From: Eledone cirrhosa
Lineage: Eukaryota
Length of the DNA stretch: 64,000 nt
Reading direction: 5' to 3'
Assembly (NCBI GenBank): GCA_964016885.1
Contig: OZ024740.1
Location: 387,066,001 to 387,130,000 of the forward strand
In this document: piece by piece, positions 1 to 17,699 of the stretch
Numbering within the stretch: position 1 is the stretch's first letter
Layout: every line of letters starts with the position of its first letter
Program-made: the position numbers and the translations under genes
Notes under the pieces: model-generated
What the model was told of the DNA's origin: nothing
The model's input: the letters and a program-made list of their open reading frames with translations, nothing else
Database searches by the model: none

Positions 1-24
1 TATATATATATATGTATATATATG

Positions 25-64
<40 letters not shown>

Positions 65-67
65 TAT

Positions 68-718
68 ATTATGAAGAGAGAAGAAACATTTAGATATAAT
101 TAGTAATAACATGTATCATACCTAAACTGCTCCTAGATTCCTTGACTACGTAGTTTCGTGGCATAAACAAAAACAATATATCATAAAGATATAGAGTTTT
201 TGCGAGGTCTGCCGACTTATCAAGAAGATACCTCATTTTACTAGTCTCAAGAACGCGTCTACACGACGTGAGAAAGAATCCCAAAAGGCGGAGCGGGAGA
301 TAGTCACGCGATATAACGGTCGAGAAACAGAGCTAAGCCTCTTATAACCCCGAAGAAAATACCACGGAGGCGGAGGGGGTATTTATATCGAAGCCGTAGA
401 AGAGGTGGTGAAGGAGGCGAGAAGTATGAGAAATGGAAGCCTTTCAGCAGTCCCCACACTTCAAAGGTTGCTCGACCAGAGGGAGTTATTAACAATATAT
501 TTAGAAACACACAGATACATGCGGACACACACATATACATGAATGCATCCGTGAGTTAAGGGTGCCAACTTCACCAATGTTGCTCAATGAATGACTGGGA
601 CAGACTAATCTGGTTGAACTAGACTGAACCAGTATCAGAGTTAAAAATACATTATGAAGAGAGAAGAAACATTTAGATATAATTAGTAATAACATGTATC
701 ATACCTAAACTGCTCCTA
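68..718. repeat. 650-bp unclassified element bounded by perfect 68-bp direct repeats, embedded in (TA)n
   Basis: ATTATGAAGAGAGAAG...AAACTGCTCCTA occurs identically at 68-135 and 651-718; (TA)n on both sides. Confidence 0.75.
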
Positions 719-779
719 TATATATACATATATATATATACATATATATACATATACATATATATATACATATATATAC

Positions 780-816
<37 letters not shown>

Positions 817-817
817 C

Positions 818-857
<40 letters not shown>

Positions 858-1003
858 ACATATATATATATACATATATATATATACATATATATATATA
901 CATATATATATATACATATATATATATACATATATATATACATATATATATACATATATATATATACATATATATATACATATATATATACATATATATA
1001 TAC

Positions 1004-1066
<63 letters not shown>

Positions 1067-1067
1067 C

Positions 1068-1098
<31 letters not shown>

Positions 1099-1171
1099 CA
1101 TATATATATACATATATATATACATATATACATATATATATACATATATACATATATATATACATATATAT
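719..1171. repeat. Interrupted (TA)n microsatellite
   Basis: TA dinucleotide run with periodic C interruptions on the + strand. Confidence 0.95.
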
Positions 1172-4100
1172 ATAACTTTGAATAACTTTGAAATGTTTTG
1201 GCCAGTATTGGCCCAGGCCATGTCTAACTTAATAGCACCACCTGGCGAAGTCTTTCAATTCAGGATTTGGGCACCATGGCCCATTCGAGAAGAGAATTAC
1301 TGTTTGCGGAGACATATCCGGGTGTGGGTGGTTTGTCCGGGATTACTTGGAGGAATTTGTCCAAAGACTTCTTGAATTTTGTGTGGTCAGTTTCTGTTTT
1401 GACGTGTCCTGGTGTGATGTTGAAGAGAGCAGGGCCGATTGAGGTGAAATAATTGTGCCGTATTGTTGTTATGAGTTGCGATTTAGATTTTTGAATGGGA
1501 CGGATAGCACGGGGCCCAAGCCTTGGGTGTATCTTGAAGGCGATGCCAACATCATTTGGGCAGTGATGATGGAACATTTTCCACATCATGCAGATAATAT
1601 AACGCTCACGGCGACGTTGGAGTGAGTAAAGTTTCAGGTTTTCCAATCGACCCCAGTAGTCAAGGTCTGACATGCCATCTATCTTTTTCGTGATTGCCCT
1701 TTGAGGAGCTTCAAGTTTCATGATACTTTGTTTCGTGTGGGGAGACCACAGTGGACAACAGTATTCAAGGTGTGGTCGGGCGAAAGTAGAGAAGAGAAGG
1801 ATAATGGTGCGGGAATCTCTCGACTGGAAGGTTCTGAGGATCCAGGAACACATTCTGCGGGCCATGTCAACTTTGCTGCTTATATGCGTGGTCCAGCTTA
1901 TGTTGCTGTCCACGGTTACTCCCAAGTCTCTGATGTTGTTAGATGCCACGAGAGTTTCCCCGGAGGGAAGGGAGTACGGGAGTTTCAGAGCATCCTCTTT
2001 TCCAAAGTGGATCAGTTCGAATTTGTCTTCGTTCAGTAACATGTTCTTTTCTGCCCATTGGGTAACAGCCAGTAGGTCTGATTGAAGGCTTATCCGGTCA
2101 TCCACGCCATTGATGACCTTTTGGAGCTTGGAATCATCAGCGAAAATTTTAATGTTGCTGTGTTTGATGATGTCAGTGATGTCATTAATATAGATGATGA
2201 AGAGAAGTGGGCCCAACACAGTGCCTTGTGGGACTCCACTACTGACTTTGGCTGGGCTTGATTTGACTCCCTCAACTACAACATGTTGGGTTCTGTTTGA
2301 CAGGAAGCTCTTGATCCACTGCAGCAGCTTTCCAGTGACACCAATATTGGACAGCTTTCTCAGTAGAATGTTATGATCAACCCTGTCAAAGGCCTTGCTG
2401 AAATCAAGGTAGATAACATCAGTGTTGGAACCCTCTCCCAAGGCTCTCAAAATGTCATCAAAGTGATGCAGTAGTTGCGTCAGGCAATCCCTTCCATTAC
2501 GGAATCCATGCTGGTTGGAGTTCAGCATATTGTTACTCTCAAGGAAGTGGGTCATTCGCGATCTCACCACTCGCTCAAATACCTTAATGATATGAGAGGT
2601 TAGTGAGATTGGACGGTAATTCACGGCAAGGGATTTGTTTCCCTTTTTGAAAACTGGGACAACAGACTGGGATAGAAGGTTTTCTGGCACATATCCAGCA
2701 TCCAGTGAGTTCCGCCACAGATTGGCAAGAGGAGAAGCAAGTTGGTGTTGACACGCCTTCAAGACACAAGCAGGGAACCTATCGGGACCTACTGCTGAAT
2801 TATGCTTGATTTCCTTTATTGCCGCCAAGACATCAGGGGCGCCAAACGTTATGTCCGATAAGGTGTAATGGGGAGTAACATCGCCGATACAGCCCAGATC
2901 GGCCATATCAGGATTGCTGAAAACAGAGCAGTATTGTTTCTGCAGTATCTCACCCATGGTTTTAGCATTGTCTTGAAGAGTGCCATTTTCATCAATTAGA
3001 GGGCCAACAGTAGAGCCAGTGATTTTGTGTTTTTTTGCAAATGAAAAGAACACTTTGGGATTGAGTTTGATCTTCTCAATGGCCCAGGCCTCTTCAGCTC
3101 TTCTCTGATTGTTGATGAGGGACATTATGTTGTTTTGGAGGTTATGTTTTTTAATCTCTAGTGATGAAATGGCAGTCAAGTTGATGTGTTGCTGCTGACA
3201 GTATTTCAGATTGTTGATTTTTTTGTTCGTTCTCTTAATTTTTCTGATGAGCGTTTTTCTATTTCTAGGGATTCTGCTCTTAGATTTGTTTATAGTTCTT
3301 AATGGGGTGTGTTTAGCACATATGTTTGTAACAGTGTCCACAAATGTCTGCCAGGACTTTTTGATGTTAGTGGGTGTATGAGTGTGCGTGAAGGACCAGT
3401 CGACATGTGCAAGATCATGACTGATCGCTTCCCAGTTTGCATTGTGGAAATCCATAGCGTCAAACGGATGGACAGGAGAAATGACATTGGGTTTGTATAT
3501 TGGACGGTGGAATCTCAGATCACAGAGAACCATGTCATGATCAGAGAGTAGAGTTTTCTCCACTGCAATATTGTGGATATTGTCAGTGTGATTGCTGAAA
3601 ATTAAGTCTAGGACGTTTTTGTGGCACCTCGTTGGTTCGAGCACTAGTTGGGATAGGAAGAAATCATCCATGAAGTCAAGAAGCGATTCCACAGCTTCCC
3701 TGTCAGAGGTTGAGGCAGAAGAACCTGGTGGCAGGGTGTTTGTGGACCAGTCAACTCCGGGGAGGTTGAAGTCCCCCATCATTAAGATATTGTCAGGGTG
3801 ACACTCTTGGATGAAACACTTTATGCTGTTGAGGCATTCCTTGAAGCATGGTACAGGCGTTTGGGGTGGCCTATAGAGCCCAACTACTAATAGGTTGTTG
3901 GTTTGACTGAATACAGTGACTGCTTCACAGTATCCATTAGTGAATATGTTCTTTGCCTCTGTTGAGAAAGAATTATGGACATAAATGGCAGTTCCGCCCT
4001 TTCTTCTGCCAGCGCGATCAGCACGGATGGCTTTGAAATTTTTCACTTTCACCTCGGCTTCCAAGTGGAGGTTACTGAGATGGGTTTCAGTGAGGACGAA

Positions 4101-4259
4101 GAAAGGGATGTGGTTTGGATGGACATCAATCCAGTCCTCCAGGAATTTGATCTTCCATTTTTGAGTATTGGTGGAAGGGCTGATGCATTGGGCGTTAAGC
4201 AAAAATGTAGAGGCGAGAGTGGATGGTTTTAATTGTTTTGGTGTGTTGTTAATTTGTTT
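1172..4259 (-). mobile_element. Non-LTR retrotransposon (CR1/Jockey-group-like, possibly Proto2), ORF1 absent, inserted in (TA)n
   Basis: Uninterrupted APE+RT frame, short 3' UTR, 3' tail of two 10-bp units (TCAAAGTTAT on the sense strand, 1172-1191), TA repeats on both flanks. Clade assignment is tentative. Confidence 0.92.
1260..4259 (-). CDS. LINE ORF2: apurinic-like endonuclease + reverse transcriptase (999 codons, no N-terminal Met of its own)
   Basis: APE motifs LTETHL, GGTAIYV, LYRPP, GDFN, LDLIF, SDH; RT motifs [44 protein letters not shown]; C-terminal LQRRRERY...IPDKP...SNSLL. Confidence 0.93.
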   Translation of the reverse strand, partial: KQINNTPKQLKPSTLASTFLLNAQCISPSTNTQKWKIKFLEDWIDVHPNHIPFFVLTETHLSNLHLEAEVKVKNFKAIRADRAGRRKGGTAIYVHNSFSTEAKNIFTNGYCEAVTVFSQTNNLLVVGLYRPPQTPVPCFKECLNSIKCFIQECHPDNILMMGDFNLPGVDWSTNTLPPGSSASTSDREAVESLLDFMDDFFLSQLVLEPTRCHKNVLDLIFSNHTDNIHNIAVEKTLLSDHDMVLCDLRFHRPIYKPNVISPVHPFDAMDFHNANWEAISHDLAHVDWSFTHTHTPTNIKKSWQTFVDTVTNICAKHTPLRTINKSKSRIPRNRKTLIRKIKRTNKKINNLKYCQQQHINLTAISSLEIKKHNLQNNIMSLINNQRRAEEAWAIEKIKLNPKVFFSFAKKHKITGSTVGPLIDENGTLQDNAKTMGEILQKQYCSVFSNPDMADLGCIGDVTPHYTLSDITFGAPDVLAAIKEIKHNSAVGPDRFPACVLKACQHQLASPLANLWRNSLDAGYVPENLLSQSVVPVFKKGNKSLAVNYRPISLTSHIIKVFERVVRSRMTHFLESNNMLNSNQHGFRNGRDCLTQLLHHFDDILRALGEGSNTDVIYLDFSKAFDRVDHNILLRKLSNIGVTGKLLQWIKSFLSNRTQHVVVEGVKSSPAKVSSGVPQGTVLGPLLFIIYINDITDIIKHSNIKIFADDSKLQKVINGVDDRISLQSDLLAVTQWAEKNMLLNEDKFELIHFGKEDALKLPYSLPSGETLVASNNIRDLGVTVDSNISWTTHISSKVDMARRMCSWILRTFQSRDSRTIILLFSTFARPHLEYCCPLWSPHTKQSIMKLEAPQRAITKKIDGMSDLDYWGRLENLKLYSLQRRRERYIICMMWKMFHHHCPNDVGIAFKIHPRLGPRAIRPIQKSKSQLITTIRHNYFTSIGPALFNITPGHVKTETDHTKFKKSLDKFLQVIPDKPPTPGYVSANSNSLLEWAMVPKS

Positions 4260-8786
<4,527 letters not shown>

Positions 8787-10881
8787 ATTCTCTTTTATTC
8801 TCTTTTACCTGTTTCAGCCATCCGGCTGAGGCCATGCTGGGGCACCGCCCTTGTTGCTACACATTTTATCTCCAGCCTGTATAGGTTGGCCACTGTGTAG
8901 GAGGGAGTTTGTTGCTGCTGCCCTTAGGTTTCCCTCGTGTCTTGCTGTGGGCTCATCCGGGATCCTGGATAACAAGGTGTCGAGATGTTTCTTAAAGACA
9001 TCCACCTCCACGTCATGCAAGTCTCGCAGATGCCTCGGCAGCCTGTTGAAGAGTTGAGGGCCCTTGAATCCCAGGCTATTGCAATACCTGCTCCTTATTC
9101 TAGATGTGGAAGACGGGACCTTTGGCACCACACAGTGACGTCCTGTTCGACGGTTGGTCCAGCTCCCAATGCCAAAGTTTGGTGCTAGTCCCTCCAGGAT
9201 TTTCCACATGTAGATCACTGCGTATCTCTCCCGTCTTCGCTCCAAGGAGTAGAGGTTCAGTTCCTTCAGCCTCTCCCAGTAGCTTGTCTCCCTCATCTTG
9301 GCAATCCTCTTGGTGTAGCTTCGCTGGATTGTCTCAAGCTCTGTGGTTAGTTTGACACTATGGGGTGACCACAGCTGGGAGCAGTAGTCCAGGCGGCTTA
9401 GGACAAAAGTGTCAACATGGTGTCTCGATCTCTTGTAAGGAAAGTCCTCAAGATCCAGCCAGCGAATCGTCTACATGCTGTCGCCACCTTCATGATGTGT
9501 GAAGAAAAAGATGCATCATCGCTCATGTCTATGCCCAGGTCTCGTATCGATTTTGACACGGGGATATCGGTCCCTCCTGGTCCTGTGTAGCTGTATTTGT
9601 GTTTGTGTTTGCAGGTTTGTATTGTAGGGCTTGGAATTTGCCAGCATTAAACTGCATGTTGTTTTCTTCCGCCCATCTGTATATGGCATCCAGATCCTGC
9701 TGTAAGAGGGCAGCGTCAGCCGGGTTTTTGATTGCCTGCGCTACCTTAGTGTCATCAGCATAGCTAGTGAGGGATGTTGTTGAATGCACCACAGAGGGCA
9801 TGTCCGAGAGAGCCACCAAAAACAGTAGTGGTCCCAGGACTGTCCCCTGAGGCACCCCACTTGTTATCGGTGTTTCCCTCGAGAGGGCCCCATTTGCTGC
9901 GACTGCCTGGCTTCTGTCCCTCAGGAAGCCATGCAGCCACTCACCTACTTTTCCAGTTATGCCGAGTCCGTGTAGTTTGTGACATATCATTCCGTGGTCA
10001 ACCTTGTCAAAGGCCTTCGCAAAGTCAAGATATATCACGTCTACATGTGAGCTGTCTAGTAGCTGTCTCAGTACCCAGTCGTAGTGATGTAGCAGCTGTG
10101 TAAGGCAGCTGCTTCCTGGGCGGAAGCCATGTTGCGTGTTAGTCAGGCGGTCATTTTCTTCGAGGAAAGTGATTAGTTTCTTTCTGACGACTCGCTCCAT
10201 GACCTTACTGATATGCGACGTCAGGGAGACTGGCCTATAGTTCTTGGCCTCCGCTCTACTACCTCCTTTATGGATAGGGCATATTGTGCCTTCTTTCATC
10301 TCCCTGGGTAGTACACCGCTAGCCAAGGAGCTTCTGAAGAGCATCTTCAGTGGAGTTGCTAAGGCCCGCTTACATATTTTTAGGAGAACTGCTGGGAATC
10401 CATCAGGTCCAGCAGCCGAGTCTGTTCTAATTTCATCAATGGCGTACACCACATCCTCTTCCGTTATGTCTATGTGGTTGATGGTTGCCATTTCTTGATG
10501 TAGTGTTGTGGCATCAAAGAACTCCTCTGGCTTTGTTATTTGCATGTGCCTCAGTGGACATGTGAAGACACTTTTGTACTGTTCGTTCAGTATTTCACAT
10601 ATCTCTTGGGGATTTTCGGTTAATGAACCGTCCGTGTGGAAGAGTGGTCCAATCTTGCAGTGTACTGAGGCAGTTTCTTTTGCAAATTTAAAGAAGGCCT
10701 TAGGGTTTGTTTTAATGTTTTCTATGGCCCTGTTCTCTTTCCTTGCCCTCTCATTCTCATGTGAAAGCTTGAGTGCAATCTCGGTGTCAAGTAGTGCACG
10801 TTTCAAATAGGATTCCTTCTTGTTTTGGTTTTGTTGACTATTCAACTGGTTTGAGAGTTTAGTTCTACGTCTCGTAAGGAT
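8787..10881 (-). mobile_element. 5'-truncated, frameshifted LINE of the same clade as 1172-4259 (RT and C-terminus only), inserted in (TA)n
   Basis: [40 protein letters not shown]; frame breaks near 9590 and 9410; C-terminus LERRRERY...IPDEP...TNSLL ends at 8814; tail of two 10-bp units (AAAAGAGAAT sense, 8787-8806). Confidence 0.92.
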
Positions 10882-10894
10882 TATATACATATAT

Positions 10895-10927
<33 letters not shown>

Positions 10928-10970
10928 TATATGTATATATATATATACACATATATATATATATATATAT

Positions 10971-11009
<39 letters not shown>

Positions 11010-11034
11010 TATGTATATATATATATATATATAC

Positions 11035-11065
<31 letters not shown>

Positions 11066-11067
11066 TA

Positions 11068-11109
<42 letters not shown>

Positions 11110-11137
11110 TATGTATATATATATATATACACACATA

Positions 11138-11179
<42 letters not shown>

Positions 11180-11207
11180 TATGTATATATATATATATAC
11201 ACACATA

Positions 11208-11245
<38 letters not shown>

Positions 11246-11344
11246 TATGTATATATATATATATACACACATATATATGTATATATATATATATACACAC
11301 ATATATATGTATATATATATATATATATATATACATATATATGT

Positions 11345-11378
<34 letters not shown>

Positions 11379-11383
11379 ACATA

Positions 11384-11430
<47 letters not shown>

Positions 11431-11519
11431 ACATATATATGTATATATATACATATATATATATACATATATATACATATATATACATATATATATACAT
11501 ATATATACATATATATGTA

Positions 11520-11553
<34 letters not shown>

Positions 11554-11566
11554 CATATATATGTAT

Positions 11567-11600
<34 letters not shown>

Positions 11601-11614
11601 ACATATATATGTAT

Positions 11615-11648
<34 letters not shown>

Positions 11649-11662
11649 ACATATATATGTAT

Positions 11663-11696
<34 letters not shown>

Positions 11697-11707
11697 ACAT
11701 ATATATG

Positions 11708-11739
<32 letters not shown>

Positions 11740-11832
11740 CATATATATATACATACATATATATGTATATATATATATATACATATATATGTATATATAT
11801 ATATATACATACATATATATGTATATATATAT
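10882..11832. repeat. Interrupted (TA)n microsatellite with mixed C and G interruptions
   Basis: Direct reading. Confidence 0.95.
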
Positions 11833-13872
11833 ATTGAAGATTTCCTCAATCTCATTCCGGAAAGTCCTGTGAAAGTAGCTCTCGCAGAGCCTCCGACACT
11901 TGTGGAGGTTGCAGTGGCTATTTCGAAGCTGAACAGTGGAAGATCTCCAGGTATGGATGGCATACATGCTGAGCTCCTACAATATGGTGGTGAGAGACTC
12001 CTGCAACATCTTCACTCTCTGTTTGGAAGGATATGGGCTAATGAATCCGTGCCTGAGGACTGGAGAGATGCAGTAATGGTGGTCTTGTACAAGGGAAAGG
12101 GTAACAGGAATGATTGTGGGAACTACAGAGGTATATCATTGCTTTCTGTCGTGGGGAAAGTTTTATGTAGGGTGCTTCTGGACCGTCTGCTGACACACAT
12201 TGCAGATTGTGTCCTTCCTGAAAGTCAATCTGGTTTTCGTGTTGGACGCGGCACTACTGATATGATCTTCTCAGCTAGACAGCTCCAGGAGAAGTGCATT
12301 GAACAGGGCTTGGATCTGTATCAGGTTTTTGTCGATCTGACAAAGGCTTTCGATACTGTCAACAGAGATGCATTATGGAAGGTTCTCCAGAAACTTGGTT
12401 GCCCTGATAAGTTCCTTGCTTTAGTTAGGTCTTTCCATGACGACATGAAGGCTTGGGTTAATGTCGGAGGTAACATGTCGGAGCCTATCTCAGTAAAAAA
12501 TGGAGTGAAACAGGGGGATATTCCAGCACCGACCCTGTTTGCCATATACTTTGCAATGGTTTTCTGTATTGCATTCAGGAATTGCGAGCATGGTGTTTAC
12601 ATCCGATATCGAACCTCAGGCAGCATATTTAACATCAGGCGCTTTGCTGCGAAGACAAAAGTATTTACATCAGTCATAAGAGACCTCTTGTATGCAGATG
12701 ATTGCGATCTTGTAGCGCACACAGAGAGTGATATGCAGCACATTTTGAATGTATTTTCTGACGCTTGCACTGCCCTGGGTTTGACTGTCAGTCTCAAGAA
12801 AACCGTCGTCATGTACCAACCTGCACCTGGTAGGCAGTACACTGAACCAAACATCTATGTGTATGGCAAACGACTTGGAGTGGTTGATCAGTTTGTCTAC
12901 CTGGGAAGCACTGTCAATCGATACGGCAACCTTGACAGTGAAATCTCACTTAGGATTAGGAAAGCAAGTGATGCTTTCGGAAAGCTAGAAAGGCGACTCT
13001 GGGGTCGGCGAGACATATGCAGGAGGACAAAGGTAAAGGTGTACAGGGCATGTGTACTCTCTTGTCTTCTTTATGCCTGCGAGACCTGGGTCACATATCG
13101 ACGCCACCTTAAGCAATTGGAGCGTTTCCATCAGATGTGTCTCAGACGGATACATGGCGTTCGCTGGAGGGACCACATCAGTGATGTCGAGATTTTGGAA
13201 AGCTCTATGTGTGACAGTATAGAAGCTCTTGTGCTTAAGCAGCGACTCCGTTGGAGTGGTCACCTTGCCAGGATGAAGGATTCTAGAATACCAAAACAAC
13301 TCTTCTATGGAGAGTTGGTTAAAGGAAAACGACCGCCACATAAACCAAAAAAGAGGTATAAGGATTCCTTGAAGGCCTCTCTGAAAGACGCTAACATCTC
13401 TGCTGATACATGGGAAAATATTGCTGCTGATCGTAATAAATGGAGAAAGACTGTATATGAGGGAAAAGTTGCCTTTGAGGCATCTCGAATCGCACACGAG
13501 AAAGTAAAGCGGGACGTGAGGAAGGGTATTGCTGTTGCACTTCCAGACGGCGAGGGTCCTCCTATGTTTCTGACATGCAGCGTCTGTGCGAGACTCTGCC
13601 TAAGCAAAGCTGGACTCGAAAGTCATCTTCGCAGTCATAAAGTAAGACCAGTGGTTGACTACCAGGCTGCTGTTGGAGATGCTACTCATCATGCTTGCCA
13701 AACATGTGGTAGAGAATGTAAATCAGCAGGAGGACTCAAGCGACATGCAAAAGTACACGAACTCCAACCACAGCCGACTATTCCCAGTAAATGTTTTGGT
13801 TGCCGACTCTGTGCAAGACATTTTGGATCATTGGCTGGGCTAAAAAGCCACATTCGATCGCAGCACTGTTAG
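11833..13872 (+). CDS. RTE reverse transcriptase with three C-terminal C2H2 zinc fingers (partial, about 679 aa, endonuclease missing)
   Basis: [52 protein letters not shown]; fingers CSVC..HLRSH, CQTC..HAKVH, CRLC..HIRSQH; no stops or frameshifts. Confidence 0.93.
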   Translation: MEDFLNLIPESPVKVALAEPPTLVEVAVAISKLNSGRSPGMDGIHAELLQYGGERLLQHLHSLFGRIWANESVPEDWRDAVMVVLYKGKGNRNDCGNYRGISLLSVVGKVLCRVLLDRLLTHIADCVLPESQSGFRVGRGTTDMIFSARQLQEKCIEQGLDLYQVFVDLTKAFDTVNRDALWKVLQKLGCPDKFLALVRSFHDDMKAWVNVGGNMSEPISVKNGVKQGDIPAPTLFAIYFAMVFCIAFRNCEHGVYIRYRTSGSIFNIRRFAAKTKVFTSVIRDLLYADDCDLVAHTESDMQHILNVFSDACTALGLTVSLKKTVVMYQPAPGRQYTEPNIYVYGKRLGVVDQFVYLGSTVNRYGNLDSEISLRIRKASDAFGKLERRLWGRRDICRRTKVKVYRACVLSCLLYACETWVTYRRHLKQLERFHQMCLRRIHGVRWRDHISDVEILESSMCDSIEALVLKQRLRWSGHLARMKDSRIPKQLFYGELVKGKRPPHKPKKRYKDSLKASLKDANISADTWENIAADRNKWRKTVYEGKVAFEASRIAHEKVKRDVRKGIAVALPDGEGPPMFLTCSVCARLCLSKAGLESHLRSHKVRPVVDYQAAVGDATHHACQTCGRECKSAGGLKRHAKVHELQPQPTIPSKCFGCRLCARHFGSLAGLKSHIRSQHC

Positions 13873-13880
13873 TTGCTATC

Positions 13881-13920
<40 letters not shown>

Positions 13921-14011
13921 GCTTATGTGCGTGCGTGTGTGTGTATATATATATGAATATGTATATTATTATTGTTGTTGTCGTTATTATTATTATTGCT
14001 ATTATTATTGC

Positions 14012-14042
<31 letters not shown>

Positions 14043-14114
14043 TATTTTTTTTTTTTTTTTTTTTTTTTATTGTGCAATGGCCATACTCGATAACGAGGGG
14101 GCAGCCATCATCAT
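11833..14114 (+). mobile_element. 5'-truncated RTE-clade (BovB-like) LINE with microsatellite-expanded 3' UTR and (CAT)n tail, flanked by (TA)n
   Basis: RT ORF, then (GT)n, (TAT)n, (T)n, then the stem-loop CTCG-ATAA-CGAG and GCAGCCATCATCAT at 14078-14114. Confidence 0.9.
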
Positions 14115-14821
<707 letters not shown>

Positions 14822-14822
14822 G

Positions 14823-14966
14823 CTAGTTAGACCATTAGTCAACAGAGTACTTGATACTTGAGTTAGTTGAGGTCTATATACATTATATAGTGTTCTGGAA
14901 ACTATAACACAGCCATACTCTACTACCCCAAGTATTGAGTACTCTGTTGATTAATAGTCTAACTAG
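14823..14966. repeat. Short fold-back element (imperfect arms of about 38 bp)
   Basis: CTAGTTAGACCATTAGTCAACAGAGTACTTGATACTTG ... CAAGTATTGAGTACTCTGTTGATTAATAGTCTAACTAG; similar sequence near 52370-52405. Confidence 0.7.
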
Positions 14967-15009
14967 TTTCAAACTTGTTCTATTCTGATATATATATATA
15001 TATATATAT

Positions 15010-15346
15010 ATATTGTTATACTTTGGGAGGGTCATGCTGCCAATAAAAACACATGAACCTGTTGGTTTTCACTTCAATTTATTATAAATTTCTGGTTGAT
15101 TCGATAACCAGATGGTTGTTTATCTTTTGTCAAAGCTCTTTTCTCACAGAAGAAAGGAGAGACACAAACTAAAGACCTAGTCACTGAAGAGGTCCCAAAA
15201 TGTGTGATGAAAGAGCTTTGACAATATATAAACAACCATCCAGTTATCAAACCAACCAACCAACTGGAAATTTATAATAAATTGAAGTGAAAACCAAGAT
15301 GTGTGTGTTTTATTGGCAGCATGACCCTCCCAAAGTATAACAATAT
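15010..15346. repeat. Fold-back element (arms of about 135 bp), probably Penelope-derived
   Basis: ATATTGTTATACTTTGGGAGGGTCATGCTGCCAATAAAA ... TTTTATTGGCAGCATGACCCTCCCAAAGTATAACAATAT; hammerhead-like core at the inner boundary. Confidence 0.8.
15180..15222 (+). ncRNA. Degenerate type I hammerhead ribozyme (Penelope-like)
   Basis: GTCA-CTGAAGA-(eroded stem II)-GAAA-GAGCTT-TGAC; stem I GTCA/TGAC. Confidence 0.5.
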
Positions 15347-15749
15347 CTCCACACGTTTTCAGATTAGAAATTTTGCAAAACAAATTCAAAAACGAAGTAT
15401 ATAAACACACACACACACACACACCGCTCTCTTGGATGAGACTCTTAGCTGTCATCAACTAGTCTCTCACACTCTTTTGTTGCTATCCCATCATGCTGCT
15501 TGTGTTACTTTTCTATGTAACCTTCCAACAACTAACATGTAGCTATCACTCTATATCTCCTACCATCCTAATATCCTAATATTATTTTTCTCTTCACATT
15601 CATATTCTCTCCTCATTCAACCAGGTCATTGCTCACCACCTCCTCGAATCTCACTCTTGGTCAGGTTTCCTTCAAAGAATGAAAACAATGTAAAATTGAG
15701 AAGGTTTATTAGCTTTCAAAGGAGAAGGCAACCTTTTTAGTGTTGGTTC

Positions 15750-16062
15750 TAAGGTAAATGCACCTAGTACACTCTGTAAAGTGGTTGGTGATCTAACTAA
15801 GACGATGTAAGGTAGGGAGGACTTAAAGGCATGTCAAGGACAACTTCTCTAGAGCTGATGCCACAATAAAATGTACACATGACATTCTGCAAAATGGTTA
15901 GTGGTAGGCAGGACAATCATACAACAAATGAAACAAGCAAAGTGTGGTCTTCTGATCCATATACGAAAGCAATAACTTCAAATAAAAACTAACACAAGCC
16001 ATAATGACCCTACAACACATGCCAGCATGGGAACAGATCTATAAACAATGATGAAGATGAAT
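15750..16062 (+). mobile_element. Degraded SINE-like / RTE-tail repeat fragments
   Basis: Ends in CATGCCAGCATGG...(GAT)n-like tail; reverse counterpart at 18866-19025. Confidence 0.45.
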
Positions 16063-16195
16063 TAAAAGTAACCTTTGCCTGTACAGGACCACATTACATT
16101 ACCAGCCCTGCCTTACCAACCACCTACTTAAAAACATGACCTTTTTTCAAAAAAGCCAAACAATTACTTAACTTACACTAAATTATTAGCCTTTC

Positions 16196-16262
<67 letters not shown>

Positions 16263-16296
16263 GAGCGGGAGAGAGAGAGAGAGCGAGAGAGAGAGA
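16196..16296. repeat. (GA)n microsatellite
   Basis: Direct reading. Confidence 0.95.
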
Positions 16297-16398
16297 ATGA
16301 ATTAGTGTTTCTGTATGTAAAAAAAACTGAAGAGAAAGAAAGGAAAAAAAATGAAATAAATACAATTACATTAAAGGTTGATATTGGCATTTAAAATA

Positions 16399-17187
16399 CC
16401 ATATATACTTAAATATAAGTCGACTCCTCCTATTTTATGTCTGCAAAATGGGCAAAAATCCAAACCCTGTTTATAAGCCAAAAGCAGCTAATTAACACAT
16501 TATGCTTAGATGGAGCACTTTTGAAATTCTTATGAGTATAAACTATATTTATGAAATTTTAATATTTTAAATGTTTTATGCATTTTTTAGAGTATAGTTT
16601 TTGTTTCACAAATCCATTTCATCTGTTTTATAAAGTTATAACAAGTTTCTCAAAATTTTGTTGACTTTTGGTTAGACAAATGCTGGGAGTATTCCCCCCC
16701 CCCCCCCCCCCCCCCATTTAAATGTATCTTTTATAACCTATTTTTCTTGCTTGAAGTTTTACATGGTCACTATGTAACCTTCTTTTCTTTGTTCCACAAC
16801 CCAGTTAAATCATTTTCTAATTCTGTGTAGGAATTTCTTCAGTAAGGATGAAAGGCAAAGTTAACCTCAACGGGATTTGAACTCAGACCGTTAAGGGAGT
16901 TAACTATGCTAGAAAGCATGGTGTCCAACCCTCTACCAATTCACCGCCCTAAAAGTTCAAATAATAAACATTTGGTTTGGAACATTTTCAGGGCAATGTA
17001 TGAATAAAACTCGATGATATATTAAATGTAGAAAAATAGTGTTTCATTGTGAAATGATTACTCCAGATATTTTATTTATGTAAAATTTGAAGTTAGTGAA
17101 AATCATCAAAATATCAAATATAAGCTGAGCCACCATTTTACCATCGATTTTTTGGTCACATATTGGCTTATATTCAAGTATATACAG
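16399..17187. mobile_element. Non-autonomous Tc1/mariner (pogo/Tc2-type) element with a nested SINE fragment
   Basis: TA|CCATATATACTTAAATATAAGTC ... GGCTTATATTCAAGTATATACAG|TA imperfect TIRs with TA on both sides. Confidence 0.65.
16844..16949 (-). mobile_element. Partial tRNA-derived SINE (family A)
   Basis: Reverse complement of GAGTTCAAATCCCG...AACTTTGCCTTTCATCCTT, shared with the other family A copies. Confidence 0.75.
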
Positions 17188-17699
17188 TAAATAAATACAA
17201 GGAACATACACACATGCACACCACAGACATATCAATGGATACAAAACAGACATGACATGTGCGCCACAGGTTACCAGTCAAGGTGGCAACCATTTCAGAG
17301 AATACTGAGCACATTACCAATACTAGGGAGATTGCTTTGCTCCAGGAAAAACATGTTTGAGAATGAAAATAGGAGGGAGGAGGTTAAAGTGGAACAAAGG
17401 TGTATAAAGAATGTTGTAGGGTGAAACAATGCCATGAAGGAAATGGAGGGAGTAATGTAGGTGAGAGTTGAGAAGCCCAATGATGATGAGAACAGTATAT
17501 ATGCGTATATATATATATCCATTTACCCAGCTTCGCCCGGGTAAATGGATAAGAGAAGACAGGTAAAAGAGAAAATGACTGTATTGGATGTTTGTTTGGT
17601 TTACAGTATGAGGTGAGACCGTGGTGTGTGTGTGTAACAAAAAAAAATCTTCCAGATACACCAAATACTTTGTTTTACTGAGAGATGCAATTGTGCAAG

